Shown: positions 48,160-62,208 of the stretch, in pieces
Numbering within the stretch: the first letter of the stretch is position 1
Layout of the letters: each line of letters starts with the position of its first letter
Assembly: GCA_951406725.2 (NCBI GenBank)
Contig: OX597819.1
Location: forward strand, 4,836,001 to 4,900,000
Direction: 5' to 3'
DNA from: Octopus vulgaris
Lineage: Eukaryota
DNA: 64,000 bases
Notes under the pieces: model-generated
What the model saw: the letters and a program-made list of their open reading frames with translations, nothing else
Database searches by the model: none
What the model was told of the DNA's origin: nothing
Translations under genes and position numbers: made by a program

Positions 48160-49880
48160 CATGGAATTTGGCCTAAAGAAATGTTCCTATTTGGTTATAG
48201 AACGAGGAAAGTCAGTCCCAAAACCCAAAACCTGTGCATCAACGGTCTCTCTATCTCCCCCATTCCGCCCCAGGAATGTTACAAGTCCCTAGGCATAGAC
48301 GAAAATGTATCATATGAAGGCCCTGTGAATAAAGATAGAGTGACCCGAGAATATTACACCAGACTTAGGAAAATATGGCATTCGGAACTCTCCTCTTACA
48401 GCAAAACAATATCCCACAATGCATTTGCAGTACCCGTGCTGATCCCAACATTTGGGATACTTGATTGGTCTGTAGAGGAAATCCACACCACAGATATCAA
48501 AACCCACAAAATCCTGACAGCAACTGGGAACTTCCACAGAAACAGTGACGTTGATAGGCTCTACCTAAAAAGAAATGAAGGTGGTAGAGGCCTGAGATCA
48601 GTGCAGACGGCCTTCCAATGCCGTTTGGTATTACTCAAGCAGCACCTGCTGAAAAACAGCAGTAAAAATATATAAATGTAGTGCTGAAAAAGTAAAGGTG
48701 CATGGCTCAGTGGTTAGAGCATCGAGCTTACGATCGTGAGGTTGTGAGTTCGAATCCCGGGCTACGTGTTGTGTTCTTGAGCAATGCACTTTATTTCACG
48801 TTGCTCCAGTTCACTCAGCTGTAGAAATGAGTTGCGATGTCACAGGTGCCAAGCTGTATCGGCCCCTTTGCCTTTCCCTTGGATAACATTGGTGGTGTGG
48901 AGAGGGGAGGCCGGTATGCATGGGCAACTGCTGGTCTTCCATAAACCACCTTGCCCAGACTTGACCTGGGAGGGTAACTTTGTCGGTGCAATCCCATGGT
49001 CAGTTGTGACCGAAGGGGGTCTCAAGTGCTGAAAAGTGAAGTGAGCAACATTGTACAAGTTGGCAGTGAGCTCCTCAAAAAGCACTCTCTTCCTGATTTG
49101 GGGTTCCTATACAACCCCAAAACAGCAGGGCTCTCTAACCTCAGAGAAGACCTGGATAGAAAGCACTCAGCATACAAAAGTAAGACTATGCTTGGGTGTA
49201 TTCTGGGAAGCTTAAAGAAGACAATAGAATTTACATGAAGTGCAGCCTCTTTTGGACACAAGACAACTACATCACATCACACTTTGAAGGCTAGGAACAG
49301 GAGATTGCCACAAAGTACCTGGTGAACAAGACAGACACTGATGCCCTGGTGCAACCGCATGTGTAGGGTATGTCATGTTTCTGTAGAAGACATCACTCAT
49401 GTGATTAGCAGCTGTCCTAAACTGTCGTCATGGTACTACCTCCCTATGCCGCATGATGTTGTTGCTAAAACAATTTACAATGCCATCTGCAATAAAGACT
49501 GTCATAAACACCAACTCAAGGAATACTGGTGGAATATTCCCATCAAAACTTCTGTCAAATGTAAACATAACAGGCCGGATGTTGTTGTTTGGGACAAATG
49601 TATCATATGTACTGTCATAGAGGTCAACTGCCCTGCAGATATAAATAACTCTTTGAAAATCAAAGCATAAGAGGATATCTATGGATAACTGCTTCGAAAC
49701 CTCCAGCTTCTATATCCAGACTATGAATTCATATTCATACCAATAATAATTGGAGTACTAGGTTTTGTTAGTAAATACTTAAACGAGAATCTGGATACAC
49801 TGGGATTTTCAGAAAGAGAAATCGACAGGCTAATTCATACAAGTACAATCTGTGAGTGGAACAGTAAAAATATGCAAGAT
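48160..49880 (+). mobile_element. Degenerate RLE-type non-LTR retrotransposon (R4/Dong/NeSL-like), 3' half
   Basis: YKSLGI..., DVDRLYLKRNEGGRGL, CCHC motif CRVCHVSVEDITHVISSC, HDVVA and NRPDVVVWDK...IEV (PD-D/ExK endonuclease). Confidence 0.85.
48698..49023 (+). mobile_element. tRNA-derived SINE inserted in the RLE LINE
   Basis: GGTGCATGGCTCAGTGGTTAGAGC...GAGTTCGAATCCCGG head; flanked by imperfect AGTGCTGAAAA(A)GT repeats. Confidence 0.8.
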
Positions 49881-50724
49881 GTGAAAATGCCCATTTTTGT
49901 CAATTTCCCGGAATCTCCATATCCGAAAACGGAGGGGAGGGGGGCAAAAAATTTTTTAAATAAATAATTTGCGAGAAAATGGGGTGGGGTGAAGTCTTTC
50001 CAAGAAATCCTCTACTGGACACCCAAACTGCTAAAAATAGCAGCCAAATCATTACCAAAGCTCTTGATTAGAGATGCCTGCTGCATCAAGACTGACCAGA
50101 AGTTAACAACAACAAAATAATAATAATAATAATAATAAGGAGAGGAAGGAGGAGGGGGAGGAGAAATTCTCTTATTGGCCACAGGGGCAGAGATGAGGGA
50201 GACATCACAAAAACAGACAACAATTTGTGTGGGAATTTACATAAAGGATGGGAAGAAAAAAATGGAGAAGATTGTGAAATGCGATATAGTTATATTTAGT
50301 ATACAAAGTACTTAGTATACAAAGTAGGTGATAATATGGACGATGCAGGAGGAACTCTAACAAGGGTCAATGAGGGAAAACCCCAGAAAACAGGATTTGA
50401 AAACTGTCATTTTGTGCGTGACAGCCTAACAGAAAAGATTCATATTACTACCATAGAACTTCCATTGACTGTATTGTCCGACTTGTGATCACCTGACAAC
50501 AAATAATAATAATAATAATAGACTGGTGATTTATCTTGGAGAGCGATAGATATTTGGGGTTTTTTAGCCGAATCTGTCACTAGTTATCAAGCAGACCAAT
50601 AATCAAAGTCATTCCATCCATGGCCATCACATCTTCAGATCTTCCTTTACATGGATTTTTGAAAATGAAATTTATATATGATTGGGGAACGTAACTGCTT
50701 TTTCTAGCATGTTGGGCGACAGTA

Positions 50725-51063
50725 GTACACACGCACATACGCACGCACTCACGCACACACACACACACACATACATACATACATACACACATACACACAT
50801 ACATACATACACACACACACACATACACACACATACATACATACATGCATACATACATACATACATACATACATACATACATACATACATACATACATGC
50901 GCACATCATACATACATACATACATACATACATACATACATACATACATGCGCACATCATACATACATACATACATACATACATACATACATACATACAT
51001 ACATGCGCACATCATACATACATACATACATATATACATTCATACATACATACATTCATACAT

Positions 51064-51141
<78 letters not shown>
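50725..51141. repeat. (CA)n/(TACA)n microsatellite
   Basis: Direct reading. Confidence 0.97.
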
Positions 51142-51144
<3 letters not shown>

Positions 51145-51343
51145 AATTGTTATTTGTTGTTAAACAATATCAGCTTCGATCCATCTTTCTACATCAATAT
51201 CCATATATATATATATATAAGCGCGCGTGAACTCGCATACACGCACGCACTAAAAAATGAAGCTAATTATCAAAATGTATTAATGTTTGATTCATATCAA
51301 AGGACAACAGTTGTAAAATATTTTCTGTAAGACATTTACGAAC

Positions 51344-51544
51344 CTCTTTACTAGCTTCTGTAGCAACATCGGCGTATCCTTTCAGGACATTTTTCATTTG
51401 ACTAATAGCATCCTCGCGTGATAAGTTTCCCATGGGTGTTCTGCTTGATATCGTCGGTTCAAAAACTGCGGCCTTAAAAGTTTTCTCCGCTGACAGAAAC
51501 ATGGGAGGTTGCACGAAAAATATAATAATATACATAAAATTCAT
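51344..51544 (-). CDS. VNN1-like: Vanin-like protein, coding exon 1 (signal peptide and N-terminus)
   Basis: MNFMYIIIFFVQPPMFLSAEKTFKAAVFEP...SREDAISQMKNVLKGY..VATEASKE; the FxAAVxE and SRxxA..M motifs are vanin-typical; GAG|GT donor is in phase 0 with exon 2. Confidence 0.85.
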
Positions 51545-51947
51545 TTTCAATTTTGTGCAAGTTTCGGAATCACAAGTTCTTTTAGTGAAAGCTCAACTTC
51601 ACAATGAGCGGTTTGTCACTTAACCAATACTTTATGAAACACAACTTTTGTTAAGGATTGTCAAATATTGTGAACTAAGTTAGGAGCTTTCCTGACTTTA
51701 TTGGTTATTTTTAAACATTTGATAGTACTCAAAAGAAACAAAACAACAAAGGACAATTCAAATGCTAGGCAATCCTTCGTTTTATTTTTTCTCTCAAAAC
51801 ATTTGTAGTTGAGGAGGAGGCGGACTAAAGCTTGTAAAGAGATACACTTTAAAGACTCCATCCTCATTGGGCATAGCAAATTATTAAGTGGGATGTTTTT
51901 GGTATTAATGATAGCAGTAACAATTGTTGTTTAGCAATTATTTCGTC

Positions 51948-52535
51948 CAGTAGCGTAGCTGGATGTGGGAGCGGAGAGGGCAGTCCGCCTCGAGTGACAT
52001 TTTTATGAAGGCAAGTATCACTTTGGTTCTGCTGTGGGGCAATATTTATATAGTGACGCTATTTTTGGAAGTTTTCAGAGTTGGATTACTTCCGGTAGGC
52101 CGCCGGAAATTCCCTGAAAGCGTTCCCGCTAAATCTGTCCTTTCTGCATCAGCAACCCTACCGAGTGGACGTGACCAACCTTCTCTCAGGGAAAACCCTA
52201 CATGTCTCTTCTAAGCGGGAACGGAGACGGTAATTTTGGCTCACACAAGTGAACATTTGCGAACAGTCTTGTGGACTTGGCTACCGGTTCGCCCTTAAGG
52301 AAAATATGTGTGTATATATTTTGTATTTGCGAAACCCGAAAAATAAAGTATTATTTATTGTTATTGAAGACCGTCGGATTTTGGTTCTCCCTTCGACAAT
52401 TATATGTAACAAGATAAGACAGAAACCCCTCAAGTGTTCCTGAGACCTTCATCTTGTTACATGTATTTTTGTGGTGCCTGGGGGCGGCAAACTGAAAGGC
52501 CACCCCAGGCGGCACACACTCTAGCCACGCTAGGG
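51948..52535. mobile_element. hAT-type MITE ~400 bp upstream of the vanin start
   Basis: Imperfect TIRs CAGTAGCGTAGCTGG / CTAGCCACGCTAGGG; 8-bp flanks ATTTCGTC / ATTTTGTC. Confidence 0.65.
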
Positions 52536-52855
52536 ATTTTGTCAGTGTTGCCAAACATCTTTTTTCTAAAAAGATAACTTTTTTTCTTCAACCTTGTTTA
52601 GGAATGACGCAATATATTTAGGCACAGAGTAGATTTGAACCAGAATCTGCCAATTTCCCTTAACATTGCAAGACTATTTTTCTCACAGAAAAGCAATAGT
52701 TGACATAGCATTGCCAAGACAATTTATGTATTTTCAGTTTAACTCTTGACCTCTTCTATGCCACCAAAAGTTGAAGTTAGGTAAGAGCGATCTACACCGA
52801 ACAAACCTATTGTTCTCAACAATATGTCCCTCTTTATAGCTGGCTTGCATGGTTA

Positions 52856-53555
52856 TCATATCTATAAAAGGCATGTATGTGTGCATGTGTGTGTGTGTGT
52901 GCGTGATTGTAATTTATGCATGTCCACAAATTAGCACGCAAGTCGCTCCAATTTTATAGGAGGACATTCGTCAACATCCCATCTGGGTTTTGTCAACTTA
53001 TTTTTTTCTCGAGGCATCCGCGTATCGCGGTAAACTTCTGTTTTCAGCCATAGCTTTTAACCATAAAAAATATCAGCCATAGCTTTTTGACGGCGTCTAA
53101 CGAAAAAAATAAGATAAAGAAATGTGGACGAGGAGCAGAGAGTTTCACGGGAAAGACAAAGTGTGAGAGAGAGAGAGAGAGAGTAAGTGACGACGTTCAT
53201 AAAAAATAAAATGTAAAATGTTTTGTTTTTTCTTAAACACGAGATATAGTGTTCAAATTCAGGATGTTTTTGAAAGACACTATATTTTATAATCATAGTA
53301 TATATATTTTCTCACACAACAATTACAATATATTTATTTTAAATCATTTATTTATTTTAAATCGTTCATCTTTCTCCCCTCTCTCTCTCACACACATACA
53401 TTACTTTGGGTGCGAAAGAGTTTTGTTTTTATTTTACGCCGAGTAAAAAAGTGTTTTGTTGAGAGTCAATATTACTTAGTTTGGTTTGAAATAAAGAACT
53501 TGATTAGCTTAATAATCGTAACTTAATCCCTGGCAAGGCCGGGTTATACTGCTAG
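52856..53555 (+). mobile_element. Non-autonomous Helitron (family H3), copy 1
   Basis: TC start; 3' CCCTGGCAAGGCCGGG hairpin followed by CTAG; both ends homologous to the next element. Confidence 0.75.
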
Positions 53556-54776
53556 TCTGTATATATATAAGGCAGGATGTGTGTATATGTGTGTGTGGAT
53601 GGGTGTACGTGAATTTAGTTTATGCACATCCATAAATTAGCACGCATGTCGCTTAAATTTTAGGAGGACATTCGTTTATATACAATATAAACGCTATTCT
53701 CCGTTTCTCCATAACTAATTTCCAAATTAGCTGAATCCGTTGCTCTACTCATAGCGATATATAGCTGGTCGTGCGTGACATAGGAGAGAGCAGAGGTTAC
53801 TAGAACAAAAGACCTACGTATTGACTGTAGATACGCTCCTTCGCAAACGATCAGCTATTATTTTGTAAACAACGTTTCTTGTTACAAAACTTACGTCCGG
53901 GTGCCAAATTTGCTTTAATTGGTGGTATTACTCGGGTAGGAGGTGGTGGTGGTGGGACAGTGGCAGGGGCAAAGGCGTGCAAAAACATCTATGCAATAGG
54001 TGTATGTACGTATATGTTTGTGTGTGTGTTGCCCATATATATATACTTAGTTCTGATCTGAACATAACCGCTTCTCACACAGAGGATCGGGGGTCCTTTT
54101 GGGCGTGCTATTTTCCTTGTTGGAAGGGTTCTCAACCCATGGACAAAGTGGGGTTACATGATGGGGTGGTGTTTACAAAAGGGTTGGCATATGCAACCTG
54201 ATCACGTCTCCCGATCAGACTCCCAACCCATGCGCTCCCGTCGCGACACTGATTCTGCAGAACTGGGTTGGGTATGAAAACCAACTTTAAAGTATAAATA
54301 TAGATGTTTTTGAATCAGCAATGTTCGGTTAAGTCCTATTTGGGGTGAAAAATCAATAAACTATTTCCTTATGGGGTTTTCCATTTAATCAGGATAAAAA
54401 AAAAATCGATAAACCGATTCCTTATAGGACTTCTTACTAAAATTGGTTACACCCCATTTTCAACCATAACGTCTACCAATTTTGATGTATTTTGTTCAAA
54501 CTTGATGCCAGCATTACTTAGGACTCATGGGATCTTTGAATGCTTTAAGTTCTCCAAAAACGAAAAAAAAATAATTGATGAGTGGAAAAATCGATAAACC
54601 GATTCCTTATGATTTCCCAATCAAATTGTCTACAAAATTTCAGCCAAAAGTTTACCAATTTCAACGGATTTCACTCAAATTTAACGTCGATGTTACTTAA
54701 TTTACTTTGAAATAAAGAGCTTGATTAGCTTAATAATCCTAACTTAATTCCGAAAAAAGCCGGGCTATATTGCTAG
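53556..54776 (+). mobile_element. Non-autonomous Helitron (family H3), copy 2, head-to-tail with copy 1
   Basis: Starts TC immediately after the CTAG of copy 1; ends GCCGGGCTATATTGCTAG|T. Confidence 0.75.
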
Positions 54777-55416
54777 TAAATTCTAAAATCTCGTAAGGAA
54801 AAGTTAGCTGGTAAACAGAGACGACCTCAGGCAGACAGCCACGGGAGGGTTGACAGCCAAACAATCAGCTGCTATGATACATACAACTTCCCTCTACTCA
54901 CTCTCACTTTCTCTTCAACATCGCTCTATCTCTATCTTTTTACTGCTACAATGACAAGACTATTATACACACTTCTACAAGGAAAAATTAACTATCAGTT
55001 ATATTATACACGCCTGCCGTCGTGTGTGGCTATAATTATAAAGTAACATTAAATAAAATTTGCTGTCAACTTCGACCACTGTTCTTTCACATCTGCAACA
55101 TCAACATCCGTTACATTTTGATGACGACTCAAAAACGAATTACTGCATCTACAGTTACAAATAGTTTACCTCTGACATATCGTTACGAATGGTGACTCTG
55201 ACGTGAAAAATTAATCGTTACAACTGGTAACCTCTACATATGTAAGTGGTTTAAGTACCAAACATAGATTATTAACGTTTAAGCAATGAAATTTTAACAA
55301 CAATAATTAAATGCTTCAAGAAATCTACGGAATTGGAAACACAGTTATAAAATGTGAGGGGTTAAATATAACTCTCACTTAGTATTAGCTTACATAGCAT
55401 AAATTATAATATTTTT

Positions 55417-55911
55417 GTATCTTTACCGTTTGACCGGCAGATTTAGAAAATATAAAATATCTTTTGCTCTTAGCGTTTTTGAGAAAAGTTCATTTTTACG
55501 AAGTTATTTCGTTTTAAAGTTGTCGTATTTCGGTAATTTCAACCAATCAATGACGTGTATTCAGCTGAATAAAATTACTGCCGTTGTTTGTCAACAATAA
55601 CTATCGTTTGTTCATACAAACGTAAATGAGATGAAATATGTCATAAATAACAGTGACAAACAGCAGTAATTTTATTCAGCTGAATACACGTCATTGATTG
55701 GTTGAAATTACCCTAACCCTAACTCCTTAAAGCTAAAACTAGTACAAACGCACGAACGATGTCATAAATAACAGGGACAATATAAACTTTTCTCAAAAAC
55801 GCCAAGAGTAAAAGATGTTTTATATGACACATTCTACCAGTAAACGAAATTTGAAAGTATTTAGTTACAAAAAATCATTTTCTAAATCTGCCGGTCAAAA
55901 GGTAAAGATCC
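55417..55911. mobile_element. Palindromic Mutator-like MITE
   Basis: ATCTTTACCGTTTGACCGGCAGATTTAGAAAA / TTTTCTAAATCTGCCGGTCAAAAGGTAAAGAT, with inner inverted segments; related to 30430-31197. Confidence 0.8.
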
Positions 55912-56441
55912 ATATATTTTAGTGTCAGGGACATAAATCTCGAAGACTTTTGGTTATGTGTTTGTTGTTATGTGAAGGCGTGTGGCCTAGTGGTTAGTGT
56001 TCGATTCCCGAACCGGGCGGCGCGTTATGTTTTTGAGCAAAACACTTCATTTCATGTTCTTCTGAGGGTAACGGAGTGGCCGAATTTTTGGCACGTCAGC
56101 AGAGATGCTTTACGGTATATCTTTCGGTTTTCTACATTCTGAGTTCAAATACAACCTGCCTGGAGAAGGCAACGGGGGTGAAAAAAACTCCAGTTTTTAT
56201 CCTAAGTCTAGTCATGGTAGCCTAAGTTCTAGTAATCTACTCAACAGCAACAGGGAAGGGTTAAAGCCCTCCTAGGTCGTATAATGAATGCTGGAGAAGG
56301 TTCACAAGCACAGGTTGTTTTGTTGCAATGTATATGCGCTGGGATTCCTCATAAGAAGGGAAGGCGATGAACTTGACAGATACTCCTTTAAGTTTGACGC
56401 CTTGGATCCAGGTTTTTAGTTGATTAATATAGGGTTGTGAG

Positions 56442-58995
56442 CAGGGGTTGTAAATAATTGATTGGAACTTTTCCAATCAATTATTTTCCTAGCAATCAAT
56501 TAATTCTAATTGGGATGCAGGTCAATCAGTTATTACAATTAATTGTCAATTATTTTGCCGAACATAAAAATACCATATATTATGGGGTGTTAGCCTCGAT
56601 TTAGATAAGAGCCAAAATGATAGGAAAATAAAAGGCACGTCTTAATAGTTTCAAAAAACTTTATAATCAGAAAACGTTCAAAGTTCAGTTTTATTGATTT
56701 AGAATAGGGAACAAGCAACATGTGTGTATACTCTACATTGTACAGTAGTTGAAAAACAAATAAATCGAAGGTCTTTAATTGAAAAAGTTTCTCAAACGAG
56801 TAGCACAATTAAAATGCTCTAATATGGCAAAAGGTCATGGACGATTGCAGATTTCTGAAACTAGGTCTTCATCCCAGAAAGCGCGATTATTTCAGAAATT
56901 ATTGCATTTCTAAATTCATTGGTGTTAAGTATTGCCGAAAATCATTAAAAACGTGTCCTGCTGAGCTGAACAAACGTTCCAAAATGTTGGACGTTGGTAA
57001 CAAAAATCTACAGTTCGGATATTGTTGAGATGAAATTTGATCTTTTTTGTGTTTTTTCAAACAAACGAAGCAAAATCATCATCTTCTACAGATAAACCAG
57101 CTTCTTGTGATGTGTCTGTCACCACTTTCAGCTGACGTAGGGCAGCCACTTCATCTGCAGTTAGCTCTGCTTCTGCATATTGTAAAATTTTTCACAACTC
57201 CACTTTCAAAATTTGGGCTGTGCACAATGGCTGCTGATGGAAGCAAGCATTTTTTAAACTCCTCGTAAGAATACAATGCGAGAATTTCGTCAAAAAGAAT
57301 TCGAGCATCTCCCAAATCTATTTCTGTTCTTTGCAAGGCGACTGTTACTGAGCGTAACTATCCTAAATTGTCTTTTAGAATCTGTAGTTCATTATGATTG
57401 CGTGGAGTCAACAGATAATCAACCAGCTTTGGATCGCCCTGAAAAGAGTCTAAAAACGGATTGATTTGGATGTACCTTTCAATCATAAGTACTGGACCAA
57501 CGGGTTTCATTTTTTTGTATAGGTTGCCAAGGGTTTTTTTCCCCGAAGTTTACTCGCAAGTTTTTATGATTTTAGCTTGCCCATCACCATATTAATTTTA
57601 TCAAGCAGAACTTCCTGCTTGTCGAGATAAGCAGAAACAGCGAGTTTAAATGTATGAGGCACATCCAATCAATGGTATTCTACACAAATTCGCTATAGAT
57701 TTGTTCACTCCAGTATTATCTCTGGTAATAGCTACATTTTCTAAAAAATTTTATTGACACTTAACACACTCTATAAATTCGACAGAATCAGAAGCAGTGA
57801 ATGATGTTACATTTACCATTGGCGAAAATTCCACCAACATAGTACAATAGTCATTTTGATAATTGCATGAATGAGATTCAGTAAGTCCAATGAAATGCGT
57901 TGAACCCTTGGTCCAACCGTTGATTACCAACGTACAGTAACACCCCCTCCCCAATGTGGTTAGCCATGATAAGATGGCTTCTATACTTTACATTATCGAG
58001 CGATTACTGTTTCAATCTCATTCTGAGATATAATTATATTTACTTGGAAGTTCAAATATTTTCTTTCCCACTTCTTGAGTTAGTTTCTCCATAGTATTTC
58101 TTTAAGGTCACATCCCTCATACCCCCAAGTTTGTATACTTACGAGTCAGTGGATCTTCAATAAAGGAAAATGGTTTTAAACCAACACATACCCACTCAGT
58201 CCAACCATAAATATTTGAGGTCGAGCGACTGACCAAACTACTTCTTGGTGAAAGAAAACTCAATAAAGATGGTTGTCCAGTTGTTTGTGTAGTAGAATAC
58301 TCTGGATGCTGGTTTTTTATATGATTCATAAGATTTGTCCATCCAGTTCTTTTTTTTTTCTGGGTCAATTTTTTTCCACACTTGCATTTCCTTAGATGTT
58401 CACTGTTTGTTTGGTTAAAATATTTTCTGACGATTTGCTCATTTTCACATGGCATGGGTTGGTTTAAAATAAAATGTATTTCGCCACAGTTTAAAACAGA
58501 AGATATTTCGCCATTCCACTGATGAAAGTTTGATTCAGTTAATACGTTGGAACGGAATTCAAGATACAACCGTAATACAATTTACATGACTTGAAGACAG
58601 AATGTGTAAATCATTCTCGGCAGACAGAACCAAGAATCACTCGACAGCGATTATTTGACAACATACACAATAGCCAGTACCCAAGCATGATAGAATGTGT
58701 ATCATTCTCAGCAGTGTGAATCAAGCATCAACACTTGACAGCATACACAATAGTCAATTCCTAAGCATGACAGAATATGTGAATCATTCTCAGCTGTCAG
58801 AACAAAGCGTCAACGCAATACCCCAAATAATAATAGAACGCTGTATTTACCAATTGAACGTCGAATGAAGTGTGAGCCATTTAAAAAACTTTCGCTGACA
58901 AAGTTGCAATTAATTGATATGACTAATCAATTATTTAATTGGCAGTACGACTCCAATCAATTCATTTTTCATCAAATAATTTTGTACAACCCCTG
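56442..58995 (-). mobile_element. hAT DNA transposon with intact ends and a decayed BED-finger transposase
   Basis: TIR CAGGGGTTGTA/TACAACCCCTG; perfect 8-bp TSD GTTGTGAG (56434-56441, 58996-59003); BED finger CKCGK...GWTNLMNHIKNQH and GWTEWVCVGLKPFSFIEDPLTRKY; later frames are broken. Confidence 0.92.
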
Positions 58996-60811
58996 GTTGT
59001 GAGGACGCATGGCTCAGTGGTTCGAGTGTTGCACTCATGATCGTAGTTTCGGTTCCCTGACTAGGAGGTGCATTGTATTCTTGGGCAAATTACTTCGTTT
59101 TACATTGCTGCACTCCACTCAGTAATAGCTGGGACGTCAACCCTTGGACAGACTGATATTGGGATGAAAAAATGAGTAAAACTAAGTACCTTTAATTTAC
59201 ATCTTGAACTATTTTCTTGAAAAGTTTTTAGAATGTATGTATTAGCTTTGGATCTTGCAACTGTAATAGTTTATGAATAACGAAATAAATCTTTAAACTG
59301 GATAGACATTCTTCAAAAGTTAACAGTCAAAAGCTGATATCTCAATAGCAATAAAATGTAGTCGTTTTGTTGTAACAATGAAATTCCAACATTCTACCAA
59401 AATAATAAATTCTGACATTTTTCTATAACTTATATACGAGCATCAGATAACCAACCTTTAGAATATCATAGCATTACCTGATCAATATAACATCTTATCT
59501 TGTCGAAGTGGTCCCTCCATTTTTCAACTGGAAGACTTACGCAAATGTTCATAGATACATATACATCTCTGTGATAGAGTGACTACATCACACACATTTA
59601 TCCCCCAAACCAGTCAACTGATTAGAAAATCTTTAAGTACTGACAACTTGCTGATTTTTGCACTTTTGTCACCAAAAGGGATCTTTTTTAAAACCTTTTT
59701 CTATTACTCAAACGAAAAATAAATGAATCGGAAAAGTTTTTTTCAAACTTATTTCCATTACACCCAAAGAAAAAAAAAAAATTATGAATTTCTTTCTTTT
59801 CGAAAGTCCTTCCCCACCACCCTTCGGAAAAAAATTCCCCCATAAATTTCTTTATAATCGTAATCTACGCCATTTGAAAGGTATTTAATCAAAATTTCAC
59901 TAAGAGATATTTTCTTAAAAGTTACGTTGGAAAAAATCAGATCGTGTGAATTTTCCGAAGTTCCTCTCCCTATCCCTTCGGAAAAATTTTCCCCACAAAT
60001 TTCTTTATAATCGTAATCTATGCCGTGTGAAAGGTATCCATATAAAATTTCATTAAAAGATATCCTTTTTTCCTAAAAGTTATGAGGGAAAAATCAGATC
60101 ATGGGAATTTTCCAAAAGTCCTCTCTCCACCCCCGGTTCGTTGGCGCAAATTTTTGTTTTCATATTCGTTTAATATACATTTTTTTACGCCTATTACACC
60201 TTTTTTTGTTTTGTTTTGGTGGCCGGGTGTTAAAGTAAATATTAACCAAGGAGAAGGAGAAAGAAACGCACAAATAAGAGAAATACGAGTTTTGTTATGA
60301 TTAACAATCCATCCTTTTTCGCAGGATGGCCTTGAAAATGTGTCCAACAAGCGATAAAAGTCAGGAAACAAATTGAGTTGCTTTTGTTCGTTTTTATTGC
60401 ATCTATATTCAACGTTTAAGATAAGAGAAGAGTTTTGTCAAGAGGCTTAAGTGGTTCAGTCATTTCATTTTCGAAGCGTATAAACAGATTTCATCTTTCT
60501 GCTTAGTTCCGTATTTATCAATTTTAGCATATTGCTGCTGCTGCGTTGTGGTACTCATTCAGGACCTATAAGAATTAGTTTCAGCCTGTACATCGGTGAC
60601 CCGGGGTTCAGAAAGCTAAGGATGGACTTATTTAATATTTAACGGGTTCTGAATTGTGAGAGAACCCGTCCCTGAAGTCCCAAAAGCAGGTCTTACTTCC
60701 CTTTGTAAAATCTCTCTCACTGGTCCTCTGCCTTTTTATAACTAGAGACTCAAGTGCTTTGATTGACCAGGCTGCATAGAAATGTCGGTAGAGTGATATG
60801 AATATCCCGCG

Positions 60812-61365
60812 TTTGATGGACGGAATTTTCTAGTTAACTAAAAAATTTAAAACTTCGTATACTGGTAGAATGTGTCAAAAGAAAACATTATTGTAAACAA
60901 AATTGAAAACAAAATTGAAAACAAAATTGTATGTATGTATGCTTGTGTGCGTATGTGTGTGTATGTATATGTCCGTTTGTATGTGTGTGTACGCTTATAT
61001 ATTAATTACTATGTGCGTATGTGTGTGTATGTATATGTCCGTTTGTATGTGTGTGTACGCTTATATATTAATTACTATGTGCTTGTGCAAATGTATATGC
61101 ATGTGTTTGAGAGAGAGAGAGAGATAGAGAGTGTGTGTGTGTGTCGTGCGTCTGCTATATTTCTTTATCAATATCGATAACGCAGCAATGCTGGGATTTC
61201 ATTGGTTAAAATTCGTAAAATTAAACTACGTTTAAGTTACAAATTACAATTTTGTTTTCAATTTTGTTCGCAATAATGTTTTCTTTTGACACATTCTACC
61301 AGTATACGATGTTTCAAATTTTTTATTTAACTAGAAAATTCCGTCCATCAAACAGAAAAGATCCG
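60812..61365. mobile_element. Mutator-like palindromic MITE (same group as 30430 and 55417)
   Basis: GATGGACGGAATTTTCTAGTT...GTATACTGGTAGAATGTGTCAAAAGAAAACATT and its reverse complement; a further left-arm copy starts at ~61544. Confidence 0.75.
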
Positions 61366-61912
61366 ATTTGGGTGTTATTCCTAGCACATCGACGAGCGAA
61401 AACGCAGAGGGGCCCTGATTATGAGCGAGTATGCGTATGTATGTGTGTGTGTATGTGGGTGCATACAAGCCAAATAACCGGTTCAAGGCGTGTGTCAAAC
61501 TGAAGAATCAAAGCGTGTGCACAAGTTTATAGTAAATATATACGGATCTTTTCTTTTTGAAAGCCAGATTTTCTTAGTTAACTAAACAATTTGAAACTTC
61601 GTATACTGGTAGAATGTGTCAAAAGAAAACATAATTGTAAACCAAAATGAAAACGGAATTGTAATTTCTAAGTTTAACGTTGTTTAAAAATTCGAATTTT
61701 AACCAATGATATTCTTTCTTTCGGCCTCATATTATTTACTGCTTCTCAAAATATTGTTACTGTGACGTAAACAGCTATTTTGTGACGTAGTTAACGTAAA
61801 CATGTAAATAGCTAACTAAAATGTAAACATCTCCGCTTATCATAAACTTCGTGGAGTATATATAAAATTTGTGTAGATCCTAAATAGCTACACACACATG
61901 TATACAAACATA

Positions 61913-61955
<43 letters not shown>

Positions 61956-62029
61956 CTATACACACATATTCTAATGCATATGCATATATGTGTATATATT
62001 TATAATGTGTGTGTATTATAGATGCATAC

Positions 62030-62071
<42 letters not shown>

Positions 62072-62172
62072 TTACATACAATATATATATGTTATATACA
62101 TCTACATGTATATGTATGTATGAATATATAAGAACCACAGAATTTGAATCAAACTGTTTTGATCCATACATA

Positions 62173-62208
<36 letters not shown>

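Noticed and set aside
54792-55240. Possible LTR remnant ending CCGTTACA, followed by repeated GTTAC..TGGTGAC-like motifs
   Set aside because: No second LTR, TSD or coding sequence to confirm it.
59815-60130. Two diverged ~155-bp tandem units, superficially array-like
   Set aside because: Only two degenerate copies with no repeat-spacer structure; no CRISPR-like array or prokaryotic system is evident anywhere in the window.
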